Below, one piece after another: positions 1-8,203 of a stretch of 43,854 nt of DNA. Source of the DNA: Candidatus Nanohalobium sp. (GTDB lineage: Archaea; Nanohalarchaeota; Nanosalinia; Nanosalinales; Nanosalinaceae); assembly GCA_042216335.1 (NCBI GenBank), contig JBDGTY010000056.1:1-43854 (forward strand). Reading direction: 5' to 3'. Position 1 is the first letter of the stretch; each line of letters begins with the position of its first letter. The notes beneath the pieces are model-generated. The model was not told where the DNA came from. It did no database searches and worked only from the letters and a program-made list of their open reading frames with translations. Both the position numbers and the translations under genes were made by a program.

Positions 1-1
1 C

Positions 2-418
2 CAGCCTCGAGTCTTCTTTTCTGCCTTCTTCCGGCTCCCAGCTCCTTACTTCGGGATTGTCTTCTTCTCCCTCTCCTTCTGGCACGGATTCATGCAGGAG
101 GTTTCCTATCTGGTATCTTGCCTCGTCTCTCTCATCCTTTACTTCGTCCACTTCGTCTTCCAGTCGGCTGATTTTCTCCTTTACTTCCTGCATCCTCTCT
201 ATCTTTTCTTCCGCGTCTTCTCCCGCTTGTTTGGCCTCTGCAATCTCGTCGCCTACAGTATTCCTTTCCTCCTGCAGAGACTGGAGCTCCTGGAGTTTTT
301 CACGCCACTCCTTATCGAGTTCAACTACTTCTTCGACCTTCTCCGGGTTTCCATCCCTGCGTTTCTCCGACTCCTTTACTTTCTCAGGCTCCTCGCGGAA
401 GACTTCGATGTCAAGCAT
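2..418 (-). CDS. serS: Seryl-tRNA synthetase, N-terminal part (runs off window start)
   Basis: Not in ORF track. Manual translation from ATG at 418: MLDIEVFREEPEKVKESEKRR...VVELDKEWREKLQELQSLQEERN...GNLLHESVPEGEGEEDNPEVRSW, the SerRS coiled-coil arm followed by the NxxHxSVPxGxxExDN motif. Confidence 0.93.
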   Translation of the reverse strand, partial: MLDIEVFREEPEKVKESEKRRDGNPEKVEEVVELDKEWREKLQELQSLQEERNTVGDEIAEAKQAGEDAEEKIERMQEVKEKISRLEDEVDEVKDERDEARYQIGNLLHESVPEGEGEEDNPEVRSWEPEEGRKEDSRL

Positions 419-510
419 AGTTACTAGATGGGTGGAAAGACTTTTCTTTTTAGGCAAAAAAGCTGCCGGTTTGCATGAAGTCATAAAGACGCATCCCAAA
501 TAACCATTAC

Positions 511-717
511 ATGAAGGAAGTAGCTGGCTACAAGTTCGACGAAACACACCCTACAGAACTCAAGGAAGAAGTAGTAACTGAAAAAGAATTCGACAAGATC
601 AAAGAAGCCATGGACCTCGACGACCTGATCAGATTCGGAAAAAGGCCGTTTGACGCACCACCAGGAAAAGTAAGGATCTGGGTGGAAGAAGACGAACCGG
701 AAGAAGAAACAGAATAG
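511..717 (+). CDS. Small acidic hypothetical protein (68 aa)
   Basis: ATG with a TATA-like element ~28 nt upstream; acidic composition typical of this genome. Confidence 0.7.
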   Translation: MKEVAGYKFDETHPTELKEEVVTEKEFDKIKEAMDLDDLIRFGKRPFDAPPGKVRIWVEEDEPEEETE

Positions 718-1647
718 TTATGCGTAAGCTCTCAAGTCTTTGTTTTTATTCGATTTGAGCTCTTGCAGTCGTAGTTCGAGCTCTCTTAAGGACCTGAATG
801 GTTTAGCATCCATTGTTCTGATTAATTTCTCTGGAGACTGTTTATCCTCTTCTCTATAGTACAACATTATATTTCTGTCTTGCTGTTTTGCATATCTCGC
901 CTGATGTATTGTTCCACCACTTTCTCCTGAGGCACCAATTACTATTGCCTCTGAGATGCCTGAAATCACTCTGTTTCTCTTTACAAATCTTCTTCTATTG
1001 ATATCAATTTTCCCACTTACTTCGCTGACGAGTGCGCCATGCCGCTCTATTCTTTTAGCGAGTTGAGAATTACTCTTAGGATGGATTTCATCTAGTGAGC
1101 CTGGCAGAATGGCCGCGGTTTTCCCTTTCTTTAATGCGCCCTCATGTCCGGCTGTATCTATCCCTCTTGCGAGGCCACTTGTTACTGTGTATCCCTTCTC
1201 AGCAATTTTTTCTGCAATTTTTTCAGCAAACTGGACTCTATGATCGTTAGGTTCTCTAGTTCCGACGAGAGCTATAGAATTGGCTAGTATCTTCGGCTGG
1301 CCGGATACGAATAGCATTAACGGAGGTTTTTCTATTTTCTTGAGTCTTTGAGGATATCTTTCATCCATAAAGCTTATGGCGTGCTTTCCGTTATTTTCTA
1401 GCTCACTGATATAGTCTTCATAATAGTTTATCTCTTTCTTGTCCATTGTCGCCATTAACTCTTTTGCTTTCTTGGAAAAATGGCTGCTGTTCTCAGTTAT
1501 AGCCTGAAGATAGCCTTCAATTTCCTCTACTGAAGCTTCTTCAATATTTTTTACGCTGGTAAGAAGCTCAAGAAGATGTAGAGTATCTCTGCTCTTCAAA
1601 CTCATTTCATCATTCCATAGCGCCAGTAGAGATTTGAACTTCTTCAT
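718..1647 (-). CDS. dprA: DprA/Smf DNA-processing protein A family
   Basis: Motifs YPQRLKKIEKPPLMLFVSG, IALVGTR, SGLARGIDTAGHEGAL, RNRVISGIS, SGGT; no obvious C-terminal winged helix. Confidence 0.93.
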   Translation of the reverse strand: MKKFKSLLALWNDEMSLKSRDTLHLLELLTSVKNIEEASVEEIEGYLQAITENSSHFSKKAKELMATMDKKEINYYEDYISELENNGKHAISFMDERYPQRLKKIEKPPLMLFVSGQPKILANSIALVGTREPNDHRVQFAEKIAEKIAEKGYTVTSGLARGIDTAGHEGALKKGKTAAILPGSLDEIHPKSNSQLAKRIERHGALVSEVSGKIDINRRRFVKRNRVISGISEAIVIGASGESGGTIHQARYAKQQDRNIMLYYREEDKQSPEKLIRTMDAKPFRSLRELELRLQELKSNKNKDLRAYA

Positions 1648-2360
1648 TCTGTTTCCTCAATTATGTTTGCGTCTTTCAGGCTTTTCAGTTTAGTGTCTCT
1701 ACCCAATACAAGTCCTCTTACCAGTGCCGCGTTTTGGTCTCTTAGGGCCCTAGCAGACTCTGATAGTGTTGAGCATGTTGTAGCTACATCATCTAAAAGA
1801 AGAATTCGATCTGCTTCTAGTTCTGTGTTGCACTTCATTTTTTCTCTTACATTTTCCTTTCTGTCTTCGGGATTCTCAATTTTCTTTTGGGAGGTGTATT
1901 CTTCCTTTTTCTCTAATACATCTTTGACGGGGATGCCAGTCTCGTTTGAGACTAGCTCTGCTGCCCTTTTAATGTGGTTTGGCTTGCTTTTCTCTCCTCT
2001 TGGAGGAGGAACAATTATATCATAATTTTTGAGGTTGTTGAATCTATTGATGCCATACTTAAACAGTTTTGCCATCTTTTCTAGGTTTTCTAAGTCTTTA
2101 AATTCTCTAATCTCGTTAGAAAACGGATAAGATAGTCTGGATTCCTTGGGAACGTAAAACGAGATTGAATAGATTCTATCTATGTTCTTTCCTATATCGT
2201 TGAAACCGTCGTGGCAATATCCACACTTTTCTGTGGTTCTAGTAAAACTTCTATCTATTGGTAAGTCACATTTCTTACACTTAAACTTTGGAATGACTAT
2301 ATCTGCTCCTTCGAACTTTGTTAAAACTCGTGTGCTACTGTTTATTCTTTGGAATCCCAA
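1644..2360 (-). CDS. ComF-like phosphoribosyltransferase with N-terminal zinc finger
   Basis: CKKC...CGYC Zn ligands; SQKK...RKENV; PRPP loop ILLLDDVATTCST; ATGA overlap with dprA; TTG start in the track. Confidence 0.85.
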   Translation of the reverse strand: MGFQRINSSTRVLTKFEGADIVIPKFKCKKCDLPIDRSFTRTTEKCGYCHDGFNDIGKNIDRIYSISFYVPKESRLSYPFSNEIREFKDLENLEKMAKLFKYGINRFNNLKNYDIIVPPPRGEKSKPNHIKRAAELVSNETGIPVKDVLEKKEEYTSQKKIENPEDRKENVREKMKCNTELEADRILLLDDVATTCSTLSESARALRDQNAALVRGLVLGRDTKLKSLKDANIIEETE

Positions 2361-2536
2361 CTCTACCCCTCGTGTTTATTATCGAATTTTAAGACTTTTT
2401 ATTCTATTAGAGGTAGTCGCTTTCTTGTAGTATACTTCAGCTAGTGGAAGAAAGACAATTCAGAACCTTCAATGATTTGGAAGAGGGCGATGAAATAAAA
2501 GGTGAAAAATAGTAGAGAAACTTCTCCTCTGTTCTT

Positions 2537-3568
2537 TTATCCCAGATAATCCGGCTTCTCGTGGCCGATCTCTTCTAGAGGATCAAGCAGTTCCGGGTTT
2601 TCCTTGAAGTGTTCTCTTACAGGTTCGAACCTGCCGATTACTTCGTCTGCGACTGCTTCTTTCAGGTCTAGAGGATGTAGTTCTCCTGATTTGAAGTCTT
2701 CTGCCATCTCGTCGAACTCGGTGTAGTGGAGGTCTCCGCCGTACTCATCTTTCCTTTCGACGTGGAGTTCTTTGTCGGCGCCGAAGATGAAGACTTCCGC
2801 TATCTCGATTACCGGGTTGTCTTCTACCTCGCCCTGTGGGCAGTAGGCGTCTTCCAGTGTCTCTCTGATTCTCTCCGGGTCGGCGTGGAGTGGGAACATC
2901 GTGTTCTTCTTCGATGAACTCATCTTGTCGCCTTCTCCGGAAAGTGATGAGAGCAGAGGCCAGTGGAGGCACGTCGGTTTGTCGTATCCGAGCTTCGGCA
3001 GTTTTTCTCTGGCGAGCATGTGGATCTTTCTCTGGTCGATGCCCGCTACTGCGAGATCCAGGTCGAGGTGGACTATGTCAAGTGCCTGCATCAAGGGGTA
3101 GACTACCTGTGAGGTGTAGATGTTTTCCTGTTCTGATGCGACTTCTCCCATGGCTCTTTCTCCACGTGTCACGGTGGTGTTCTGGGTCATCCGGAGGACG
3201 TCGTGGAAGTACTCGGTCTCTTCCTGGAAGTCACGCCCCTTGACGTACTCTGCGTCTAGACCACAGGCCTGGAAGGTTGCTTTCCAGTATTCGACCATGT
3301 CCTGTATCCATTCCTCGCTTCCTTTCTTGTTGAGGTAGGTGTGGAGGTCGGCGAAAAGGACTACCGGCTGAAAACCCGCCTTCTCCAGGTCCTTCATCTT
3401 CCTGATCTGGATCCAGTGCCCGAGATGCACGGGCCCGGAGGTCTCGTTCCCGATATAAGCCCGGGGCTCATCCTTCTCCTCAAGGATCTCCTCAAGCTCC
3501 TCTTCCTGTATGATTTCCTCGGTATTACGCAGAACCAGTTCCTTACGCTCTTCATTATCCATTTTCAA
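2537..3568 (-). CDS. tyrS: Tyrosyl-tRNA synthetase (archaeal type)
   Basis: AYIGNETSGPVHLGH (HIGH), YPLMQALD, GIDQRKIH, KMSSS, LHPLDLK. Confidence 0.96.
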   Translation of the reverse strand: MKMDNEERKELVLRNTEEIIQEEELEEILEEKDEPRAYIGNETSGPVHLGHWIQIRKMKDLEKAGFQPVVLFADLHTYLNKKGSEEWIQDMVEYWKATFQACGLDAEYVKGRDFQEETEYFHDVLRMTQNTTVTRGERAMGEVASEQENIYTSQVVYPLMQALDIVHLDLDLAVAGIDQRKIHMLAREKLPKLGYDKPTCLHWPLLSSLSGEGDKMSSSKKNTMFPLHADPERIRETLEDAYCPQGEVEDNPVIEIAEVFIFGADKELHVERKDEYGGDLHYTEFDEMAEDFKSGELHPLDLKEAVADEVIGRFEPVREHFKENPELLDPLEEIGHEKPDYLG

Positions 3569-3710
3569 TTCACCTGAGAAAACTTTGGGAAAGAAGCCTT
3601 AAAGAACCTAGAGCCGGCGCTGGAAGGGTTTTGAACTGAAGTTTCAAACTTGCCGCAGATAAACGCGTCCACCTTTCATTAGTGCTCAAATTTTTCTGAG
3701 GCAGTCATAG

Positions 3711-4352
3711 TTAAATTTCTGTTTCATCAGAGTTGATGAATCCGAAGTGTGCGTGGATAGCTGTTGTGAAGTCATCGCTGTCCTCTGCAAACTGGTTTTC
3801 TTCATGTAGGTGTGAGGAGACTGCGGCAGGTCGAACCTCATTATCTTGGATCTTTTCTGTATGCTCTATTATTTCGGCGTCGTCTCCATCTGTCTCGGGA
3901 ACGAGTCTTTCTATCTCCTCATCGTATTCGGATGCTGCCATCGCGAAAGTTCTGACATCTATAACGCTTCTGATTAGGGGTCTGTAATCTACAGCCTCTC
4001 TGTCTTCTCTTTCATTTTCTATCACTTCTGCCTCCGAGTGAAGATCTCGCCAGGTGCCTTCTCCCATCTCGGGAACTTCCCCCTTCCTTCTAAAGAATCT
4101 GTATAGCTGTTCATCCCTGTTTGAGCGGTAATTCAATGATTCTGGCAGCTTTTCCTCTGCCCTTTCGAGCAAATCCTCTAGCATAGGCTCCAGATCTTTG
4201 TAGTTCAGGTTACTGTCCACATAAGCCTCTATCCTTTCCGGATCTTGGTCTAGACCATGAGCTACTTTGAACCAGTCACAGTAAAGCCCTGCATGATTTC
4301 TCAACTGTTTCGCCAGTTCATCTACATGCCTCTGTTTATAATCTTCAGCCAT
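3711..4352 (-). CDS. Hypothetical acidic protein (213 aa)
   Basis: Long ORF with acidic composition; no recognisable motif. Confidence 0.7.
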   Translation of the reverse strand: MAEDYKQRHVDELAKQLRNHAGLYCDWFKVAHGLDQDPERIEAYVDSNLNYKDLEPMLEDLLERAEEKLPESLNYRSNRDEQLYRFFRRKGEVPEMGEGTWRDLHSEAEVIENEREDREAVDYRPLIRSVIDVRTFAMAASEYDEEIERLVPETDGDDAEIIEHTEKIQDNEVRPAAVSSHLHEENQFAEDSDDFTTAIHAHFGFINSDETEI

Positions 4353-4389
4353 GTAAACCTACAGGCCGAAATATTCAAAAACCAAACTT

Positions 4390-4908
4390 CTATTCAATCA
4401 GGTCCAGAGCTTCAGCACTGTTACACTCCTTCAACTCTTCTGGACTTACTTCTGCTCCGACGACCCTTGAACCTGCGGCTGCGTCTACTATCTCGTGCTC
4501 CAGGATCGATTCCTCCATGTAGACGGGTATTTCCAGGTCGAAGGGGGATACTCCTCCGATGATGTATCCTGTCGCTTTTTCTACTTCTTCTGGATCTGCC
4601 ATCCTGACTTCTTCTCCTGTCTCTTCTTCCAGTTTTTCCTCCGACACTCTGCTGTCGGCCGGGCAGAGCACAGAGATCGGTTTGCCGCCTGCGATGAATA
4701 CGAGTGTTTTGACGATCTTTTCCGCCTCTATGCCTTTCTTCTCGACTGATTCTCCTACTGTCTCGGACTTTCCGTGGACGATGAACTCGACATCCATATC
4801 GTTCTCTTCGACAAAGTCTACGACTCTGCGGATGTTTTCGATGTCTTCCTCCATGAAGTCCAGGAATTCGGTTAGTTCGGAAGGTTTCTGGTTGAAGAAT
4901 TCTGTCAT
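4390..4908 (-). CDS. YbaK/ProX aminoacyl-tRNA deacylase family
   Basis: IVKTLVF, EEVEKATGYIIGGVSPF, AAAGS motifs. Confidence 0.92.
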   Translation of the reverse strand: MTEFFNQKPSELTEFLDFMEEDIENIRRVVDFVEENDMDVEFIVHGKSETVGESVEKKGIEAEKIVKTLVFIAGGKPISVLCPADSRVSEEKLEEETGEEVRMADPEEVEKATGYIIGGVSPFDLEIPVYMEESILEHEIVDAAAGSRVVGAEVSPEELKECNSAEALDLIE

Positions 4909-4953
4909 GGAGAACCGTTCGACTTGAAAGCTTTTAGATTCCAGTCAGTTAAC

Positions 4954-5964
4954 ATGATCAAGATAAACGGGGAGAAAGGCGGAGGCCAGATGCTGAGAAC
5001 CGCACTCAGCCTCTCAGCAGTAACAGGAGAAAGCTTTACGATGGAGAACATCCGCGGTAACCGCTCTAACCCGGGTCTGAAAAGACAGCACCTGGAATGC
5101 GTGAAGGCGGCAAAGAGGCTCTGCAACGCCGAAACAGAGGGCGGCGAGCTCGGTTCGGAGAGTCTGGTGTTCAGGCCGGGAGAAATCAGGAACGAATCGT
5201 TCACATCGAATATCGGGACGGCTGGAAGCATAACGCTGCTGTTCGACACCGTTCTGCCGATAACCACTGAGTTCTCAGATTCTTTCAGGTTCGCGGCGAA
5301 GGGGGGTACTGACGTGAAGTGGTCGCCTACATTTAACTACTTCAAGCACGTCAAGCTGCCGCTACTGCGAAAATATGGTCTGGATGCTGGAGTAGAACTG
5401 GAAGAGACCGGATACTATCCGAAGGGCGATGGGGAAGCGACTCTGGAAACGGAGGATTATTCTCTGGAACCTATCGAACTTGTGGAAAGAGGAGAGCTTC
5501 AGAAGTTCGAGATCTATTCCAAAGCTTCTAGGAGTCTGGAGAGTCAGCAGGTGGCGGATAGGCAGGCGGACGAGGCCGCAAGGATGCTGAAGGACGACCA
5601 TGCCTCAACTCCAGTAGAGAAGAACGTTGAATACGAGAAAACCGCCTCGACCGGCTCCTCGCTCCTCGTCAAGGCAGTCTACGGGGATTCTGTCGCTGGT
5701 TTTGATGCTCTGGGTGAGCAGGGCAAGCGCTCCGAGGATGTTGCGTTAGAGGTTGTGGAAGATTTCCGAAGTTTTCGTTCTTCTGGTGCGGTGGTTGACG
5801 AGTATATGGCGGATCAGCTGCTGGTTTTCCTGGCTTTGGCTGGTGGAGAGGTTTCGATACCTGAAGTTACTGATCATGTGAAGACAAACATGGAGGTTAT
5901 CAGAGAGTTCGGCTTTGATCTGGAGGTCGTGGAGAAAGAGGATGTGAAGATAGTAAGGAGTTAG
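4954..5964 (+). CDS. rtcA: RNA 3'-terminal phosphate cyclase
   Basis: GGGQMLRTALSLS, RSNPGLKRQH, GGTDVKWSP, GYYPKGDG, ADQL, catalytic His in TDHVKTN; ATG at 4954 preferred over the track TTG start. Confidence 0.95.
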   Translation: MIKINGEKGGGQMLRTALSLSAVTGESFTMENIRGNRSNPGLKRQHLECVKAAKRLCNAETEGGELGSESLVFRPGEIRNESFTSNIGTAGSITLLFDTVLPITTEFSDSFRFAAKGGTDVKWSPTFNYFKHVKLPLLRKYGLDAGVELEETGYYPKGDGEATLETEDYSLEPIELVERGELQKFEIYSKASRSLESQQVADRQADEAARMLKDDHASTPVEKNVEYEKTASTGSSLLVKAVYGDSVAGFDALGEQGKRSEDVALEVVEDFRSFRSSGAVVDEYMADQLLVFLALAGGEVSIPEVTDHVKTNMEVIREFGFDLEVVEKEDVKIVRS

Positions 5965-6390
5965 TTACTCGACTTCGACTTCTTTGCCTCCTTCTTCGTC
6001 GACTTCGGCTGATACTTCGAGTACTCCGTCCTCGTACTCGGCGGTCACTGTGTCCGGGTCGATGTTCTTGGGCCATGGTACTGTTCTCCTGAACTTTCTG
6101 CTTCTTCTCTCCTTTCTCAGGTATTTCTCGTTCTCCTCCTTGACTTCGGCCGAGGACTCTGCCGATATCTCTACCGAGTCTTCGTCGGCCTTAACGTTGA
6201 TCTCCTCCTTCTCCACGCCGGGCATGTCGGCCGAGACTATCAGCTGGCCGTCCTCCTCTCTTATGTCGATGGGTGTGCTCTGTGTCAGGTCGCTGGCGAA
6301 TCCCATGCCCTTGTTCTGAAGTTCTTCCATCATCTTCTGCATCTGTTCGAACATGTCGCCGCTGCCGTCGTTTCGGTCAAGTCGTCTCAT
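5965..6390 (-). CDS. Small heat-shock protein (Hsp20/alpha-crystallin)
   Basis: ADMPGVEKEEINV, AEYEDGVLEV. Confidence 0.94.
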   Translation of the reverse strand: MRRLDRNDGSGDMFEQMQKMMEELQNKGMGFASDLTQSTPIDIREEDGQLIVSADMPGVEKEEINVKADEDSVEISAESSAEVKEENEKYLRKERRSRKFRRTVPWPKNIDPDTVTAEYEDGVLEVSAEVDEEGGKEVEVE

Positions 6391-6425
6391 AACAGTACAG
6401 TTTTTTGTTCACGTCAATAAAAACT

Positions 6426-6605
6426 TTACTGTTGTTCATCCATCTGTTCCTCGAGAAACTCAATCTGGCCCTTGATCTCCTGAATCAACTCCTCGGCCTT
6501 CTGCTGCTTCTCACGGGAAGTCTCATCCTTCACCTGCTCGAACTCCTGCTGCGTCTTCTCAACCTGATCCTCAAGATCGTTCAGTATCTCCTCGTAGTTG
6601 TTCAT
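6426..6605 (-). CDS. Small coiled-coil protein (59 aa), absent from ORF track
   Basis: Manual translation MNNYEEILNDLEDQVEKTQQEFEQVKDETSREKQQKAEELIQEIKGQIEFLEEQMDEQQ*; heptad pattern, typical codon usage, TTTTTTAC box ~24-30 nt upstream. Confidence 0.75.
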   Translation of the reverse strand: MNNYEEILNDLEDQVEKTQQEFEQVKDETSREKQQKAEELIQEIKGQIEFLEEQMDEQQ

Positions 6606-6650
6606 AATGCTGTTTTAGGAACGATTGTGTAAAAAACTGTCTGGAAAATT

Positions 6651-6667
6651 AAAGGAAGGATAGAAAA
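6651..6667 (-). terminator. Pyrimidine-rich putative terminator TTTTCTATCCTTCCTTT (copy 1)
   Basis: 11 nt after the stop at 6679; identical 17-mer at 11052-11068. Confidence 0.5.
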
Positions 6668-6678
6668 ATTGCCGGAGT

Positions 6679-7077
6679 TTACTCCTTCTGGACTTTCGGT
6701 GTCGGGATGGGTGGGAGGAGGTTGAGTGTGTTGGCTACTCCGACGGCTTCTGATAGGAGTTTGCGGTACATCTCGTTCATGAGTGGGATGTTGACTTCTT
6801 CCGGTATCTGTCCGTTTTCCTCCCAGCTTTCGATTATCTGGTCGACGTTGCCTCTCCAGAGTACGTGGCCGTCCATTGTGATGTGTGCGGCTTTTTCTCC
6901 GCCTGCCATGTAGTTCACTGCGAAGCTGAAGTCGATGCGTGCTACTTTGTCGTCTATAGCGTCTACGCTGGCCTCGCTGACCTCTTTTATCTTGGGTTCG
7001 TAGTTTACCTGGATGTTGTTTCCTGCGCCTGCTCCTTTCTCTGCATCGATCGCCTCGATGTTCAGTCCTACAATCAT
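6679..7077 (-). CDS. Conserved archaeal hypothetical protein, possibly SecB-like fold (132 aa)
   Basis: Start at MIVGLNIEAI; beta-strand-rich N-terminus, C-terminal helices and LNLLPPIP motif resembling SecB-like proteins (fold is a guess). Confidence 0.6.
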   Translation of the reverse strand: MIVGLNIEAIDAEKGAGAGNNIQVNYEPKIKEVSEASVDAIDDKVARIDFSFAVNYMAGGEKAAHITMDGHVLWRGNVDQIIESWEENGQIPEEVNIPLMNEMYRKLLSEAVGVANTLNLLPPIPTPKVQKE

Positions 7078-7138
7078 AACAAGGGTAGAAAGTCCAACAT
7101 TCTTTAACTTTCCCACACAAAAACGTCTTAGAGAGAAG

Positions 7139-7672
7139 ATGGCGAAAAGCAAACTTGAACAGTACGGACTGGTAGCGATCGGATTGATGGTGGCGGTAGG
7201 TTTCGGAGCGCCGGCCCTATCCATAGTAGTTACGAACTCACAGATAGGAGGTGGAGCCAGTAACCAGGACCAGCAGAGGATTAACGCCACGCTGCCATCC
7301 CAGACGTACAGCCAGGACAGTTTCGGCCTCTCAATAAGAGAACAGGCCTACCTCGCGGTCAACAAAAAGAAGGTATTCGTCAACGCCATCTACAGAGACA
7401 ACGCATCCGAATTTCAGAACCTTGAATCTTTGACGGCTGAGTTCAACGACAGGGTCTACATCAATTTCATAGACAGGACGGAATCAGCCTTTGCAGCCAG
7501 CTACAATCTTTCGCTTCCGGCAGCGCTTGTGGTCGGCGATCAGCCAGGAGTTATGAGAGGTAGAAGGGTGCCTTACTCACTGAGAACAGCTGAAGCAGAC
7601 AGGCAATCAATAAAGAACGCGGTGTGCTCCGCCATGAGGAATCCGGGCGATCTCGCAGCAAAATGCTTCTAG
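7139..7672 (+). CDS. Membrane-anchored/exported hypothetical protein
   Basis: MAKSKLEQYGLVAIGLMVAVGFGAPAL N-terminal hydrophobic helix; C-terminal Cys pair. Confidence 0.75.
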   Translation: MAKSKLEQYGLVAIGLMVAVGFGAPALSIVVTNSQIGGGASNQDQQRINATLPSQTYSQDSFGLSIREQAYLAVNKKKVFVNAIYRDNASEFQNLESLTAEFNDRVYINFIDRTESAFAASYNLSLPAALVVGDQPGVMRGRRVPYSLRTAEADRQSIKNAVCSAMRNPGDLAAKCF

Positions 7673-7714
7673 AACAACTTTTTAATTCTAATCTGCGATC
7701 TATTTATTCCCGGC

Positions 7715-8203
7715 ATGTCAGGTCAGGAACATCCTCGCGGAGAAAGGGAACATGACGGCTACAGCCAGGAGCTTCTCGGGCAGCTCAGAGACTCAGAGCT
7801 GGTGTACAGAGGAAGCGAAGACGGAAAATTCGCCAGGTACCACAGTTTCCGGTACAGAAGGCCGGTGGATGTCGTAGTTCCTTACAGCTTCGGAAACTCC
7901 CGTATCATCCTCTCGAACAACGTTGAAGGTGCAGCAGCCCGGAAACTATCTGACTACACCGATTACTTCGAGAAAGGGTCCGGGAACAACGTCTACGCCG
8001 ACGTAAACCCTATCATATCGCGGGACGAAGAACGGGTCGAGAACCTATCTGAAGAGATAAAGGCTCTCGACACTGCCTTCACGATGCTCGAAGATGGAGA
8101 GAGGTACTTCAGGGTGGAAAACAGCCTCAGATGGCAACTGAGGGAAGAAACTTTTGGGGAAAGGTTCTGGAAGGCTGTCAGGAAGCTTCTCGGTGCAGAT
8201 TAG
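7715..8203 (+). CDS. Hypothetical protein (162 aa)
   Basis: ORF with TTTTAA box upstream; 4-bp convergent overlap with alaS. Confidence 0.65.
   Translation: MSGQEHPRGEREHDGYSQELLGQLRDSELVYRGSEDGKFARYHSFRYRRPVDVVVPYSFGNSRIILSNNVEGAAARKLSDYTDYFEKGSGNNVYADVNPIISRDEERVENLSEEIKALDTAFTMLEDGERYFRVENSLRWQLREETFGERFWKAVRKLLGAD

Noticed and set aside
57-503. Ser/Phe-rich + strand ORFs here and throughout (e.g. 8243-8824, 18162-19127, 42758-43390)
   Set aside because: Antisense shadows of Glu/Asp/Lys-rich genes on the other strand; no independent motifs
5790-5825. RtcA VDEYMADQ lacking a His, suggesting an inactive Rcl1-like protein
   Set aside because: The adenylated His lies further downstream and is present (TDHVKTN)
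7013-7290. Long overlap between the 6679-7290 and 7013-7672 ORFs
   Set aside because: Artefact of upstream alternative starts; the likely starts at 7077 (-) and 7139 (+) leave a normal divergent promoter gap
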